Source of the DNA: Eukaryota sp. GEM-RC1
Lineage: Eukaryota
Direction: 5' to 3'
Assembly: GCA_040285855.1 (NCBI GenBank)
Contig: JAUFOQ010000017.1
Span: 682,001 to 746,000 of the forward strand
Length of the DNA stretch: 64,000 nt
A program made the position numbers and the translations under genes. Below the pieces are notes generated by a model that was given only the letters and a program-made list of their open reading frames with translations, was not told where the DNA came from and did no database searches. Below, piece after piece: positions 36,220 to 48,573 of this stretch. How positions within the stretch are numbered: position 1 is the first letter of the stretch; each line of letters begins with the position of its first letter.

Positions 36220-38598
36220 CTAGAAACAAAAACAGCTGATAAACGTAAAGTTCATTTCTATCCAAAGAATTTACTAAACTTAACACTAATCTGTATTCGA
36301 AATTTGTACTTGTTCCATTTGCTATTTACTTTTTTGGTAGTATTGGTGAAATAGCTTCTCAGTTTTTGACTTACTATTTTTTGACATTCTTTTGATATCA
36401 CAATATGCATTGGTTTAAAATCAAAATCTGTGATGTTAGTGTGATTCAACCAAAACTTTTGATCAAAAGTCTGTTTTAGCCATATTTACGAACAATGTAA
36501 ATCGATACAAAAGCATAAACAGTTAATATTGTACAACCGTGTGCAAATACTGAATGAAATATTGTTTCAGTTTAAAGACCATTTATTAAGGCACCAACGT
36601 CCAATGATTGTCCTGAAAGTGGAAACACATTTTCTGTATAGAGTATGTGATCAACAGTAACAGTTGTTGAATGAGATTGGTCAATGAGAAGAGGATGTGC
36701 GTTTTTGAGCTCTCAACTCAGCTTAAAGACTTTCAACGAGTTCTGAACACAGTTTTGAACAAGGAAAAACATTACGTCGTCCCCGGTACAAAGTGTTGTT
36801 TCAAACGATTAGTTCCGGTGACGAACTGGTGGCCACAATGATGACAATGAACTGTAGCTTGTGATACAATAGAACCTTTGGAAGAATAAGGTACATGTGA
36901 AGAAATGTGGGTGTATGCATTCGAAAATACTACATGTAGTAAGGTCTTGGGAAGAGACTCATGCACGTCTTCTATTAAACTTTGGTGTATCCGACCCTAT
37001 AGATCTGAATAACTATAATTCATTCATTTTCGAACCAAGGAGTAGGGAAATGTTGTTTTCTTCCTTATGAGTCCTGACCTGTCACTGAAACATTGACATC
37101 ACAATTTCAAAGAAATCACACTTCGAACAGTGATTTGACAAATATCGGCCTGAAAACATGTTGCCAAAGATCAGTGAGGTGAAATTAGTGACACTTTGGA
37201 TCTCAAAACGTCCAAGAATCTACTATTCTAGATACAAGAAGATCTTCTTGACTTCGCACTGTTTACATACACAATGATGGAATCAGAACTGTTAATATCC
37301 TGATGTTGAAGCAGCAACAGAAGCTCTGTCGATTGTCTTTATTACGTGAAAATTAAAAGCGACCTATTGTATCAACCACTATATTAAAAAGAAATGAAAC
37401 AAATAACCAAGACATAGATTTTTCGAAAATAATTGTTTCAATTCCATCGGATTTGACCAACATGATTCAACTCAATTGTTGGAGTCTCTATCCGACATAA
37501 GCCAATTGAAAATATATTCAACATTGGTATTTTCTCCCAGTTTTTCAATGTGATTTTATGAACAGAAACGTTGTTTTTGGTTCAATTCAAATGTATAGTT
37601 TTACTGCCTTTTGTAGAACAATCATCTTACCTTCTCCAAAGTATAGTAGCAACTATAAGTTTTATGGGACAAATAAAACACAAACAAAAGCTCGATTATT
37701 GTTGATTTTACTTATACTCATACTGAAGAAAAACACGTCCGAAAACACGTTCATGGAAAGTAATGGAAGTTATGAGAAAACGAGCTGCGGAGTGCCACAT
37801 GGCACTGGGAGACCTGCTCCCAGAAGAAGGTCCGTTTGGAAGGGAAACTCTGAGTGAATGGTAAGATTCTCACTACTTTACCTTTAAAGCTATGGAGATA
37901 GTCCTAGATGAGTTAACTGAATATATAAATAAATGAGCATGAAAATTGTTCTGCAGTCTGTTAATCAAGTACGGCATTAATATGAAAACGTTCCTGAATG
38001 TTTGTTAACCACTTTTTTAGGAGTTGATAGGTTTACTTTTGTGGATGGAAACACTGCCGTGTTAAATGAATCTGTTGCCAAATACTTTATTTACAGTTTG
38101 TTATCCACAAGAGTTCCATACTTGAAGGTTGTAAATGACGTCTTAGATGTTTTATTGAAAGTTTATCAGTACAGTGATAGAATTCTCGTCGACTTTGTGA
38201 TTTCTGTGTTTACCAAAGACTCGGACATTGGTTCATCCATTAATCGCCTTCTAAACGATCATTCACTGGACAATGACTCAACAACTACTACCTTTAAGTG
38301 ATCGATATATGGTTTAATTAAAAGTCCCGCTGCGTATGATTTCGTGCGCCATACCTGGCAAAGGTTACGGAATTTAGTTAACGGTAATAATTGTCATGAT
38401 GGTTTGATTAATGAATCGTCATTTTATGCGTAAACTATTACAGAATCATTCTTTTTAATGTTCAGTCTTTTAAAATTATTACATTTCATTACACGAGACG
38501 GTGGCAACCTTTTAGAGAACATAACTTATATAAAGGCTGCATTCGAGAACTTCAAAAGGCGTAAGTGATTTAAAAGAGCTCATTACAAGGTTCTAAAC

Positions 38599-39437
38599 TA
38601 GGAATGTTAATTAGTTCAGTTCAGTTCAGCCGTGAACTAGTTCAGTTCAGTTCACACCTCCATGAACTGAACTGAACTAAATGAACTTACATTTTATTCC
38701 ATTTTTTATTACTACATAAATGCACCTTTTCACCACATATAAGGAACGTAGGATGAAGTATCCCAATAGTGTTATGAAATGGTCAACTTAAAGCCACGTA
38801 GGAACGCAAGTGCTTAAAGACCTAATTTACCTTTTTTCTTAGGTAAATTTACCTTTCTTAATGGTAAATTTACAGCAAAGAAGCGGAAGCGGAAGAAGAA
38901 GTGGAAGTAGAAGAAGGTCGTCGAAAGCAAGTGTTTGTGGAGTTTAACAAGTATATAACAGAAGCTACTTGTGATGTTTCATCCAGTCCTTTACACTATT
39001 GGACCTTAAATCACAACGCCTACCCTAGATTGTCAACGCTATTTTGGAGAAACGCAACATTTCAAGCAAGTATGTAGTGTTGCGTCTGAGTCTTTGTTTT
39101 TACTTGCAGGATCGATTGCATGTAAAACAAGACTCCAGTTAAGTGATGATTCAGTTTAATCGCATGTTTGCTTGCACTTATGGTTACTTTATGATGTCTA
39201 ATTAGATTATATTTTTCACATGGTGATTTATTACATTTTGCAACGATTGAGTACTACATGTACTTGTTAATGACCTGTCGATTTGATCCTAAGTACATTA
39301 TTGTGGAAACAATGGTATATTTGCTCCAGTTCATATAGTTCAGTTCAGTTCAGTTCATGGTAGTCAATGAACTAGTTCAGTTCAGTTCACACTTTTTTGA
39401 ACTCAACTGAACTGAACTGAACTATTTAACATTCCTA
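38599..39437 (+). mobile_element. Internally deleted hAT element
   Basis: TIRs TAGGAATGTTAA.TAGTTCAGTTCAGTTCAG; perfect 8-bp TSD TTCTAAAC; (AGTTC)n subterminal repeats; dimerisation-domain relic PLHYW..YPRLS..SVASESLF. Confidence 0.92.
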
Positions 39438-40159
39438 TTCTAAACACATTTCGTTTTACATCTTGAACAATTTTGCTGTTACTTTGACCTCTGGTATCTA
39501 TCGAAAGTATCAATGAATGTATCGGAGCATTGCTACTCGTAAAAATGATTTTGAAAAACTTTGAACATATAGCTCTGATTTTTTAGACATTAGGGACTAG
39601 AATGAAGGAAATTTCTTCCATCATTGAAAAGACAAAGCAAAGGTGTTGTTTCATAGTGAAGACCAAAACTGGTGTCAAATTAACAACCAATGAAATGGTT
39701 CAGTCCTCTACAAGTCAAAAGGTCAATAATCTCGCAGGTTTTTAAATGTCTACTGTAGACAATTTTATGAGATATCCGGAAGTCGAAGGGTATCAATAAT
39801 TTGGCTGTTGGAGTACACATATCTTCTATCACGCCAATCCATCCTAATTGAGGTTTACTGACCTTTAGTGACTATCTGTACTACTCATATTGTTCTTGAT
39901 CTATTATTTGATGAGGATCATGATTGGTTATCGATGGAAGTTCCTTATATGGTTGATACACTTTGTATAATAAGCAGTCAGCATTGTATATTTAGTTGTA
40001 GATTTAGGTCGATTTTCGTTTTTATTAATTCACATTTTTGCACGTACAAATTATATTTTACTTGTAACATATCGATAATTACAATTAATGCGATAATCAT
40101 TCAACACTTTTACAATTACCAAGCCCCTATTAATACCTTCACAACAAGGATGTCGAAAA

Positions 40160-40758
40160 ATTGATCCTTAAATGAAATTTGCAATGAGAAACGACGTCAT
40201 GATGCACGATTTTTTTAAAATAGAAATTGAGGACTTTCCCATAGGACTACACAATTGTATAAGTACTGTGCTATCAGTAAAACCAATAAGATCTTGAAGT
40301 TTTAGTATGTGTATATTTATTGTTGTAAATTAACTCTTGTATTCGTTAAAAAGGTCTTGAAGTGAAAACAGTTCTAGATCCATGTGCTTAAACTTATGTT
40401 AACGGCTTAAATTCCTAGAAACAGCCGAAAACGGAAAAATTGATTTGAATTCTAACGATGTTACTAAACTCAATCAAAATGTTCTTCAAAATTTGTTTTT
40501 GTTCCATTTGTTATTTCTATTTTTGGCAGTATTGGTGAAATGGCTTCTAAGTTTTTAATGTGTAAGTCTCAGAATAAGAGATTTAACTTATCAATTTGGC
40601 ATAACCGTTTGATTTCTTCTTTGTTCCGTTCGACGCCTAAGTATTATAAATCAATTATCACAAAGTTGTATAAAAACTGTGACACTGTCGAGCAGGAATT
40701 TTCTTTGTCTAGTATTTCGTATTTTTTTATTATGATATATATTTTTGTGCCCTTCTGA
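40160..40758 (+). mobile_element. REL non-LTR 3' fragment, inverted duplicate of 34920-35525
   Basis: High identity to the reverse complement of 34930-35505. Confidence 0.75.
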
Positions 40759-40840
40759 TCGATAAACTTTTTTAATAATAAAACAATTACATGTAGATGG
40801 TTCTTAGCATTGTTGCTTTAGTGAAAGAATCTGAAGAATT

Positions 40841-41272
40841 CTAATACATTCCCTTGGTTGAATAAAACCTCGGGCCCATTACAAGACCTTGCCCTTTAGA
40901 GGCTCCTCTATAAACAGTTTCTACTATGTCTATGAATTCTTGATCATCAGCAATCGGTATGGTAATCTTATTGTTTTCCCCAGTACCAATGTCGACCATA
41001 ATGTGCTTGTTACGGAAGAAGAACATGACTGAAACAGGATCGAACAGTTCGTACATGGTATTAAAGTCAGCTACTTCGGTGTTGTCAACAAGATAAATAA
41101 CAGCCATGTTAATCAGACGACAAGCCGTTTTGTACAATGTTTCATCCATTTCCATACAATCAGGGTGTGAGTCGTCCCCAAAACGAATTATAACAAGGCG
41201 TTCCTTCTCATAAAGTATTGCTTGATCAACTTCCCATCCATTACATAAATGAGGGAGAGAAAAGGAGGCCAT
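40841..41272 (-). CDS. TXNL4A: U5 snRNP thioredoxin-like protein DIM1/TXNL4A
   Basis: LPHLCNGWEVDQAI..RLVIIRFG..MFFFRNKHIMVDIGTGENNKI..ETVYRGASKGQGLV. Confidence 0.96.
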   Translation of the reverse strand: MASFSLPHLCNGWEVDQAILYEKERLVIIRFGDDSHPDCMEMDETLYKTACRLINMAVIYLVDNTEVADFNTMYELFDPVSVMFFFRNKHIMVDIGTGENNKITIPIADDQEFIDIVETVYRGASKGQGLVMGPRFYSTKGMY

Positions 41273-41304
41273 GCGTCAAATTCTTCCACATGTGACTTTT
41301 CACA

Positions 41305-42640
41305 TTTTCTTACATCTCGTTTTTACACCACTTCTCGTCTTACCTACATCATGAGCTTCATATATAACACACTGTTGGTCTCGATGTTGGTTTTAGAACT
41401 ATTTGCTTCAATACATCAACAGATATGATCTACTCAGCAGTCCGCACCTAATGTGTCCATCAATGTGCTGTATCCGAATGAGATACAGATGTTTTCTCTG
41501 ATCCAAACTCAGAGAAGCCACATATCACAGGGAAAGGTCGAATCATGATGCTGTACTATTGGCAATGCTTCTCAAGGTATTAGTAGCTCCTATAAACTAA
41601 GATGTAGCTGTTTTATCAGTTTAATAGGACTTAATGTCAACAGTCTACAGATCAGATACATCCAGAATGCCTGTCTAACACTTTACTCCCTCTTCACATT
41701 TCTCACCTCAATTCGTCATCATTTGGAGTATATCAAACAACTCAATTGTAGGAGATTCTACACCACAGTCTCTCTGAGATAATTTCTTGGTCGTATTGTT
41801 TGTGTCTTCCCTCTAGAGATGATAGGACCATATGTAGATGTGTATTGTGAAATATATTATCATCATTATACTTGAAGATGACTTTTGTTTGTATGAATAT
41901 TGTGTTCATTTGTATAAAGATCCTACATGTAACCTGATGGATATTCTTTCGTCTGTACTGCTGATTTTGTTGGGTACAATCACATTCAATGTAACATGTA
42001 TATTGTGAACTCTACAACTGTGTTCAAGATGTCGAGGGGACGTTGAATATACAGTATTTATACAGATTCCTTAAGCTATAGCATAATCAAAAATACAACA
42101 CTTTGACTAAGCGATGAGAATAAACTGAAAACATAGCCAGATGTCATTCCTTAAACAAGATACAATGATTCAGATGATTTCAGAAAAGGAAGTTGTTGAG
42201 TCCCTAACAGCTAAGATCATTTTCGAAAACCAACAGTACATGCCAGCAGTTCACGAACAGTAGTAGTGTAGCGGATCTATTATTTGTGAGTCAAAGTTCT
42301 TGAAGAGAATCCAGAAAGGAACGTCGTCAATATGAAGACAGATGCAGATGACATGGGAAGTGAAGACCTCATTCAAGGAAATATACAGTTTTGTCAAGAC
42401 TCTAGCAAAAGGAAGAAGATGTCGAGATTCTAGTCTGCTATCAAGAGCAGAGACAATTTTGTCAAGATTGTAGTCGAACAAACAACAATACTTCAGCTCT
42501 CGAAAATAAAGATAAGCTCACAACCAATGCAGCATGAACTTGTCTGTCGTTTGAGGTCGATTCTATTCACTGGGCGGCGGCGAAGTAGACATTAGCAGAT
42601 TTTTTTGTGAAGGAAACAAGAAAAATTTATTGTGAAAAGG
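41305..42640. repeat. ~1.3-kb dispersed direct repeat, copy 1
   Basis: Near-identical to 44719-46058; no intact long ORF. Confidence 0.9.
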
Positions 42641-42729
42641 TTTAGAGAAAATGAAATTGTATGGAAATGCACTTGGGATGAAAATGACTGTAGTATGTAC
42701 ATTGTATACTACTAGTAGTATACATTGTA

Positions 42730-43900
42730 GTTGTCACACATATAAGAAAAAGTGGTCCATTTTGTCACACGTGTAAGAATTCCAAATTTCGTTGAGATAA
42801 TTACAGAATCGGGTCAGATTTCAATCCTTAGTTTACAAAATAGGGTCACTATAAAAACTTCTTACTATATAGGGTCACTCACAACTACTTCCTAATTATG
42901 AGTTCTGTACCTGAAAACATTGATCCTAAACTAAAAAAGTTTAACCTAACAGCCAATCACTTGTTCAACAATCGAGAAAAATTGTTAGAAAAAATACGTA
43001 GCTACTGTCTAGAAGTTGGTGTCCCTCTGAAGAAAACGAAAACTACTAGTCAATGGATTGTTCGCTCATGCAGCCGTGATGGTTGTTCTTTCTACCTTCG
43101 AAGTATCATTCCTATATGACTATGATTGTTATATGACGGCTTATCGTGCCAAATTGCTATGTTTGTATGAAGTTTACGGATCTTACCTTGTTAGGATTGA
43201 TGAGATATCGATTTTGTTCTGGTCCAAAACACTTGGGATTTCCGTGCCCTCACTTTGCTGCTGTGTGTAGATTTCTGGGCAAAAGTCATCTGTCCTATGT
43301 TTCTGAGTTTTTCACCATTCAATGCTATCGAGAAACCTATCGCTATGGAATCTATCCCATACAATTAAGTGAGGACATTGAACACTTGCAGAGAATATTA
43401 CCACCTTTATATTCAAAGAAAACTGGTAGGAGAAAGTAGAAACGCTATAGATCTAACCGTCATGGAAGAAAAAAGGTACGTAGAGAACATGAAGATGATG
43501 TTGAGCTCGACAAGTTGATGATGGGTGAGATAGATGAAGGATGTGAATCAGAAGCACAAGAAAATGAGGATGTTGTTGAAGATGATGATAACGAACCGTA
43601 AAAAGTCGAGGAAAGACTGATGGAGGAATGGGATTTCGACAACTATGTTGGAGAACCATCACCACTTGACCGGATTCTCATGTAGAGTATACTAGTTTTA
43701 TATTTTTAAGCCAATAAAGCATGTGGTTAAAGAGAACAGTGAATGAAGTTTGAGAACAGTGATGTCCATTAGAAACAGAAAACTTGAAAGATGTATGTTG
43801 ACCCTGTTTTGTAAGAGCAATGAAAAGTGACCCGATTTTGTAAGCAGAGGATGTCAATGAGGTCGATTTTGTAAAAGCCCCAATTTCGTTTGTCACACGT
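42730..43900 (+). mobile_element. Decayed MULE/MuDR element
   Basis: N-terminal relic CSRDGCSFYLR; SWIM relic GFPCPHFAAV..LPPLYSKKTGR; degenerate inverted ends (TTACAAAATAGGGTCA / TGACCCTGTTTTGTAA). Confidence 0.7.
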
Positions 43901-44194
43901 ATAGATCTAGCCTTTTACGCTACATAGAGTTTTACGCCTAGGCTATAAACAGTTTTGACTGTAATTCATTCTCAAAGAACGAGTTCATTTAAATGACAAT
44001 GTAATTATTGCACAAGCAGATCTTCCCTTGTCACTGTTTTCATCTCAAAGCTGAAATTTGCCAAATTACACAATCTGGTACAGCAGAACGCCTTTTATGC
44101 CAAATAAAATCGTATATGCACTCAATTCAACAGTCAGTATCAGACTACATCTCTATCAATAAACATGACATTGAAAGCTGTTTTAGAGATGCAC

Positions 44195-44648
44195 TCAAAG
44201 TTTATTGAAAGAAACGAGATCAATACTTTGGATGTAATCTTCTAGCTGTTCTTCAAGATCTTCCGTGATTTCGTCGAGAGAAGGAACCTTTTCATCTTCA
44301 ATTACGAGTGTTTGTTGGAGTTTCTCAAGGCCAAAACCGATAGGGACTTTGGTGTGAGATCCCCAGACGAGGCCATCCTTTTCATATGCTTTGACCTTTT
44401 CAGCTAATTCATCAAGGCTGATTTCAGTTCCCCATGACTTAATATCCTGAAGTAAATCGTGATGTGTTGCATACCATGACGATGATGGATTTGGCAATTG
44501 ATTGTTTACCCTTGGCAGCGTTACGAGCATCGATCCTCTTTTGAGCTTCTTTGGCTTTGTCTTCGAGAATTTGGGCTTCTGATTCGTCTTCAGAGCCGAA
44601 AACGTCGAAATCTTCTTCAAACTCTTCAGGCTTTTGTTCTTGGGACAT
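44195..44648 (-). CDS. EEF1B: Translation elongation factor 1-beta, two exons
   Basis: DFDVFGSEDE, AKSIIVM|DIKSWG, DGLVWG..PIGFGLEKLQ, IQSIDLVSFNKL; joined by a 28-nt intron. Confidence 0.93.
44447..44474 (-). other. 28-nt spliceosomal intron in EF-1beta
   Basis: GTATGCAACACATCACGATTTACTTCAG; removal restores the conserved AKSxxxxDxKxW motif. Confidence 0.9.
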
Positions 44649-44718
44649 GAGATTCTAAGTGTGTTATGGAAAAGCTAAAAAACTTTTGTACAGTCAATTC
44701 ATTTTTGGATCTTTCACT

Positions 44719-46058
44719 TTTTCTTACATCTCGTTTTTACACCACTTCTCGTCTTACCTACATCATGAGCTTCATATATAACACACTGTTGGTCTCGATG
44801 TTGGTTTTAGAACTATTTGCTTCAATACATCAACAGATATGATCTACTCAGCAGTCCGCACCTAATGTGTCCATCAATGTGCTGTATCCGAATGAGATAC
44901 AGATGTTTTCTCTGATCCAAACTCAGAGAAGCCACATATCACAGGGAAAAGGTCGAATCATGATGCTGTACTATTGGTAATGCTTCTCAAGGTATTAGTA
45001 GCTCCTATAAACTAAGATGTAGCTGTTTTATCAGTTTAATAGGACTTAATGTCAACAGTCTACAGATCAGATACATCCAGAATGCCTGTCTAACACTTTA
45101 CTCCCTCTTCACATTTCTCACCTCAATTCGTCATCATTTGGAGTATATCAAACAACTCAATTGTAGGAGATTCTACAGTACAGTCTCTCTGAGATAACTT
45201 CTTGGTCGTATTGTTTGTGTCTTCCCTCTAGAGATGATAGGACCATATGTAGATGTGTATTCTGAAATATATTATCATTATACTTGAAGATGACTATTTG
45301 TTTGTATGAATATTGTGTTCATTTGTATAAAGATCCTATATGTAACCTGATGGATGTTCTTTCGTCTGTACTGCTGATTTTGTTGGGTACAATCACATTC
45401 AATGTAACATGTATATTGTGAACTCTACAACTGTGTTCAAGATGTCGAGGGGACGTTGAATATACAGTATTTATACAGATTCCTTAAGCTATAGCATAAT
45501 CAAAAATACAACACATTGACTAAGCGATGAGAATAAACTGAAAACATAGCCAGATGTCATTCCTTAAACAAGATACAATGATTCAGATGATTTCAGAAAA
45601 GGAAGTTGTTGAGTCCCTAACAGCTAAGATCATTTTCGAAAACCAACAGTACATGCCAGCAGTTCACCAACAGTAGTAGTGTAGCGGATCTATTATTTGT
45701 GAGTCAAAGTTCTTGAAGAGAATCCAGAAAGGAACGTCGTCAATATGAAGACAGATGCAGATGAAATGGGAAGTGAAGACCTCATTCAAGGAAATACACA
45801 GTTTTGTCAAGACTCTAGCAAAAGAAAGAAGATGTCGAGATTCTAGTCTGCTATTAAGAGCAGAGACAATTTTGTCAAGATTGTAGTCGAACAAACAGCA
45901 ATACTTCAGCTCTCGAAGATAAAGATGAGCTCACAACCAATGCAGCATGAACTTGTCTGTCGTTTGAGGTCTATTCTATTCACTGGGCGGCGGCGAAGTA
46001 GACATTAGCAAATTTTTGTTTAATGAAACAAGAAAAATTTATTCAGTTGTGAAAAGGA
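44719..46058. repeat. ~1.3-kb dispersed direct repeat, copy 2
   Basis: Near-identical to 41305-42640. Confidence 0.9.
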
Positions 46059-46381
46059 GAAAATGAATCCACAAATCTCATTGCTTGAAGTATGTGTTGA
46101 GTGATGACAATAGAGATGTAGAAACCAACTGTAGGTCCCCTTGTAACTTTTTTTGGACTTGGAGTGGATATGCAGTGAAAGAAAGTGTTCTCATGAACAA
46201 GACTTGTTAGCGTTACTCTGCATAAATCTCGTTATGACATATTGCAATAAACCCTTTGTTGCAATAAATATACTGCGCATCAAAAGACGTGCAATATTTA
46301 TTGCAATATAATGTATTTCAATATATTGCAATACAATTAGTTTTTTCGATCCCTGCATTGAGACATGAATTTGAGATGATG

Positions 46382-47705
46382 CAGGGGTGTTAGAAAATAT
46401 AATTTTTATTTATTTATTGCAATACAAAATATTTATATATTTATTGTCAACAGTTGGGTCACCAATATATTTATTGTCTCAATCGGCAATATGAAATATG
46501 TATTCTAAAAAAATATTTCAATATTGTGACAATATACTTTCATGCCAAATTGTCGTGTTTTCATTTGCAAATATCGACAGGCCCTCTCATAAGATAATTT
46601 AAAATAATTTGAACATCCAAAAGTGCCAAAAATAAATGTGAAATAAATATAATTAAAACAAAATAAAACCCAAATAAAAACAAAATATTTTATTATACAT
46701 CTCATCTGAGTCACTATTGCTGAATACACAATCCATTTCATCATCCCTTTCTTGTCGAAATTGGTTAGTTGACTTTCTGCTTCGTACAATTGCTCTAACT
46801 GTGTCGTCATTCCATAGACATCTGTGGATCTTCAATATTAGTTCAATGTTCAGCATCGTAAACGACCATGAGAAAAACGTTCAATGATCATATGCCCGAG
46901 TATAGTCGTTGGATTTGCTTACAACACAGGTAAAGGCTTGTCTGTGTTAGTTAGGTTCAACATTGAAATGGCAAAGTATGAGGAAAAATGTCTCAACCTT
47001 AATTTTTGTCTGAGCTTGAGTATTTCACACATCATGTTTCAAGTCAATCAACAACCTTGAGCACTAAAATAAACTCATGTATTATATAGATCAATGAAGT
47101 TTACTTTCTGACATTTTATTTATATTTATTATTATTTTGTTTTATTTTGTTTTATTTGCACGATCGCCAAAAAGGCTCAAAAATAAATATAAATAGAAAT
47201 AAATAGAAATAAATAGAATTTATATTTATTTATGAGGAGCCCTGAATATCGAACTTTCTTCAAACAACTCGTACAACGTTGTCTCAATTTTCTAAGATAT
47301 GATAAAAACAGTTGATCATACTGTTATGAAACAAAATGACTAAAAACATTAATTGTTCGAAAGATTGTTCGGTCGTACAATGCTTACTTCGATCACGTTT
47401 GCACTCTTCAAGCCTTGGCAAACAGTTACGTTTACTGTACAACTCGCAACTTTGGCATGAATACACTATTCGAAGAATTTATCTCAACAGTCCTTGTCAA
47501 GATTTGTTGCACCAAGACTGGATGTAATGGACGAAGAAAAGACTGTATTACTACATTAGAATTTTTTCTCTGATTGATCATAAACCCCGTTTTTTCTACA
47601 TTATACTAGTATTAGAGTTACCGCAGAGATATTGGCAACATCAATATGTATATTGTAAACCCTCGCAATATTATATTTATTTAAATATACTTTTTAACAT
47701 CCCTG
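46382..47705. mobile_element. hAT-like element (outer member of a nested pair)
   Basis: Ends CAGGGGTGTTAGAAA / TTTTTAACATCCCTG; perfect 8-bp TSD AGATGATG. Confidence 0.85.
46578..47244. mobile_element. Non-autonomous hAT-like element (family A, copy 2), nested
   Basis: Same ends as 759-1400; perfect 8-bp TSD AATATCGA. Confidence 0.88.
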
Positions 47706-48573
47706 AGATGATGTAGGGGTATTTGTATCTCCTTTGTTAATACTGATGCTGAACTTGATTTGTATGAGTAAATAGAAGACGTCAATATTTGTGAAGCATT
47801 GAGGTGAAAATTAAAAATACTGACAACACTGAACACATTTGAAAACAGTGTACAAGTACATACAGCAATAATGTGTTGAAATAATTAGTACTATTGTTGC
47901 TACAATAGTTTGATGCAACTGAGTTTGCCTGGTGGCCGTTGTCACAATTATAACTTTTCCAACACATGTACTTCACAAATAGAACTTCTTTGTTTTCTAC
48001 TTCATGTATGTCACTTTATTATTCCTAGTTGTGCTTATGATCTACTTTATGAATATAGTGTTATACTATAACTCATCATCAACCTCTTAAACGTCACTAT
48101 TATCAGAAGCATATGCATTTTTCATGCCCAGTCGTCGTCCCCGGATTGATGCGATTCTTCAGTTAACATTGGTACTGGTAATGCTTCACTTTTAAAAGTT
48201 AGTCTAACTGAGATTAATTTTCGAATGAGACCAAATCAGGCAGTGATATAATTCTAAACAAACTTATACATTGAAGAGTTATGTTAGTTGAGAGAAACTA
48301 TACTATTGATCATTGATACCCACCACAGTTGATCAAAAACATGTTTTGCAAAAGTTTCCTAAAAAACAGGGAAAAATTGAGTTATGTTCCTTTGTCCATC
48401 AAAGTCAAAAGAGTGCCCATGTATAACTATAACTTTTCTACTGTCAGAACTACCATCAGCATCCTATAGCTTATCGAGTACGTAGTAACAGGATCAAGTG
48501 TGTCGATGTGGAAGCACAGTAAAAACGTTTGCAATTTTGATATTGTCAGAAACTTCTTCTAGCTAACAGATTG

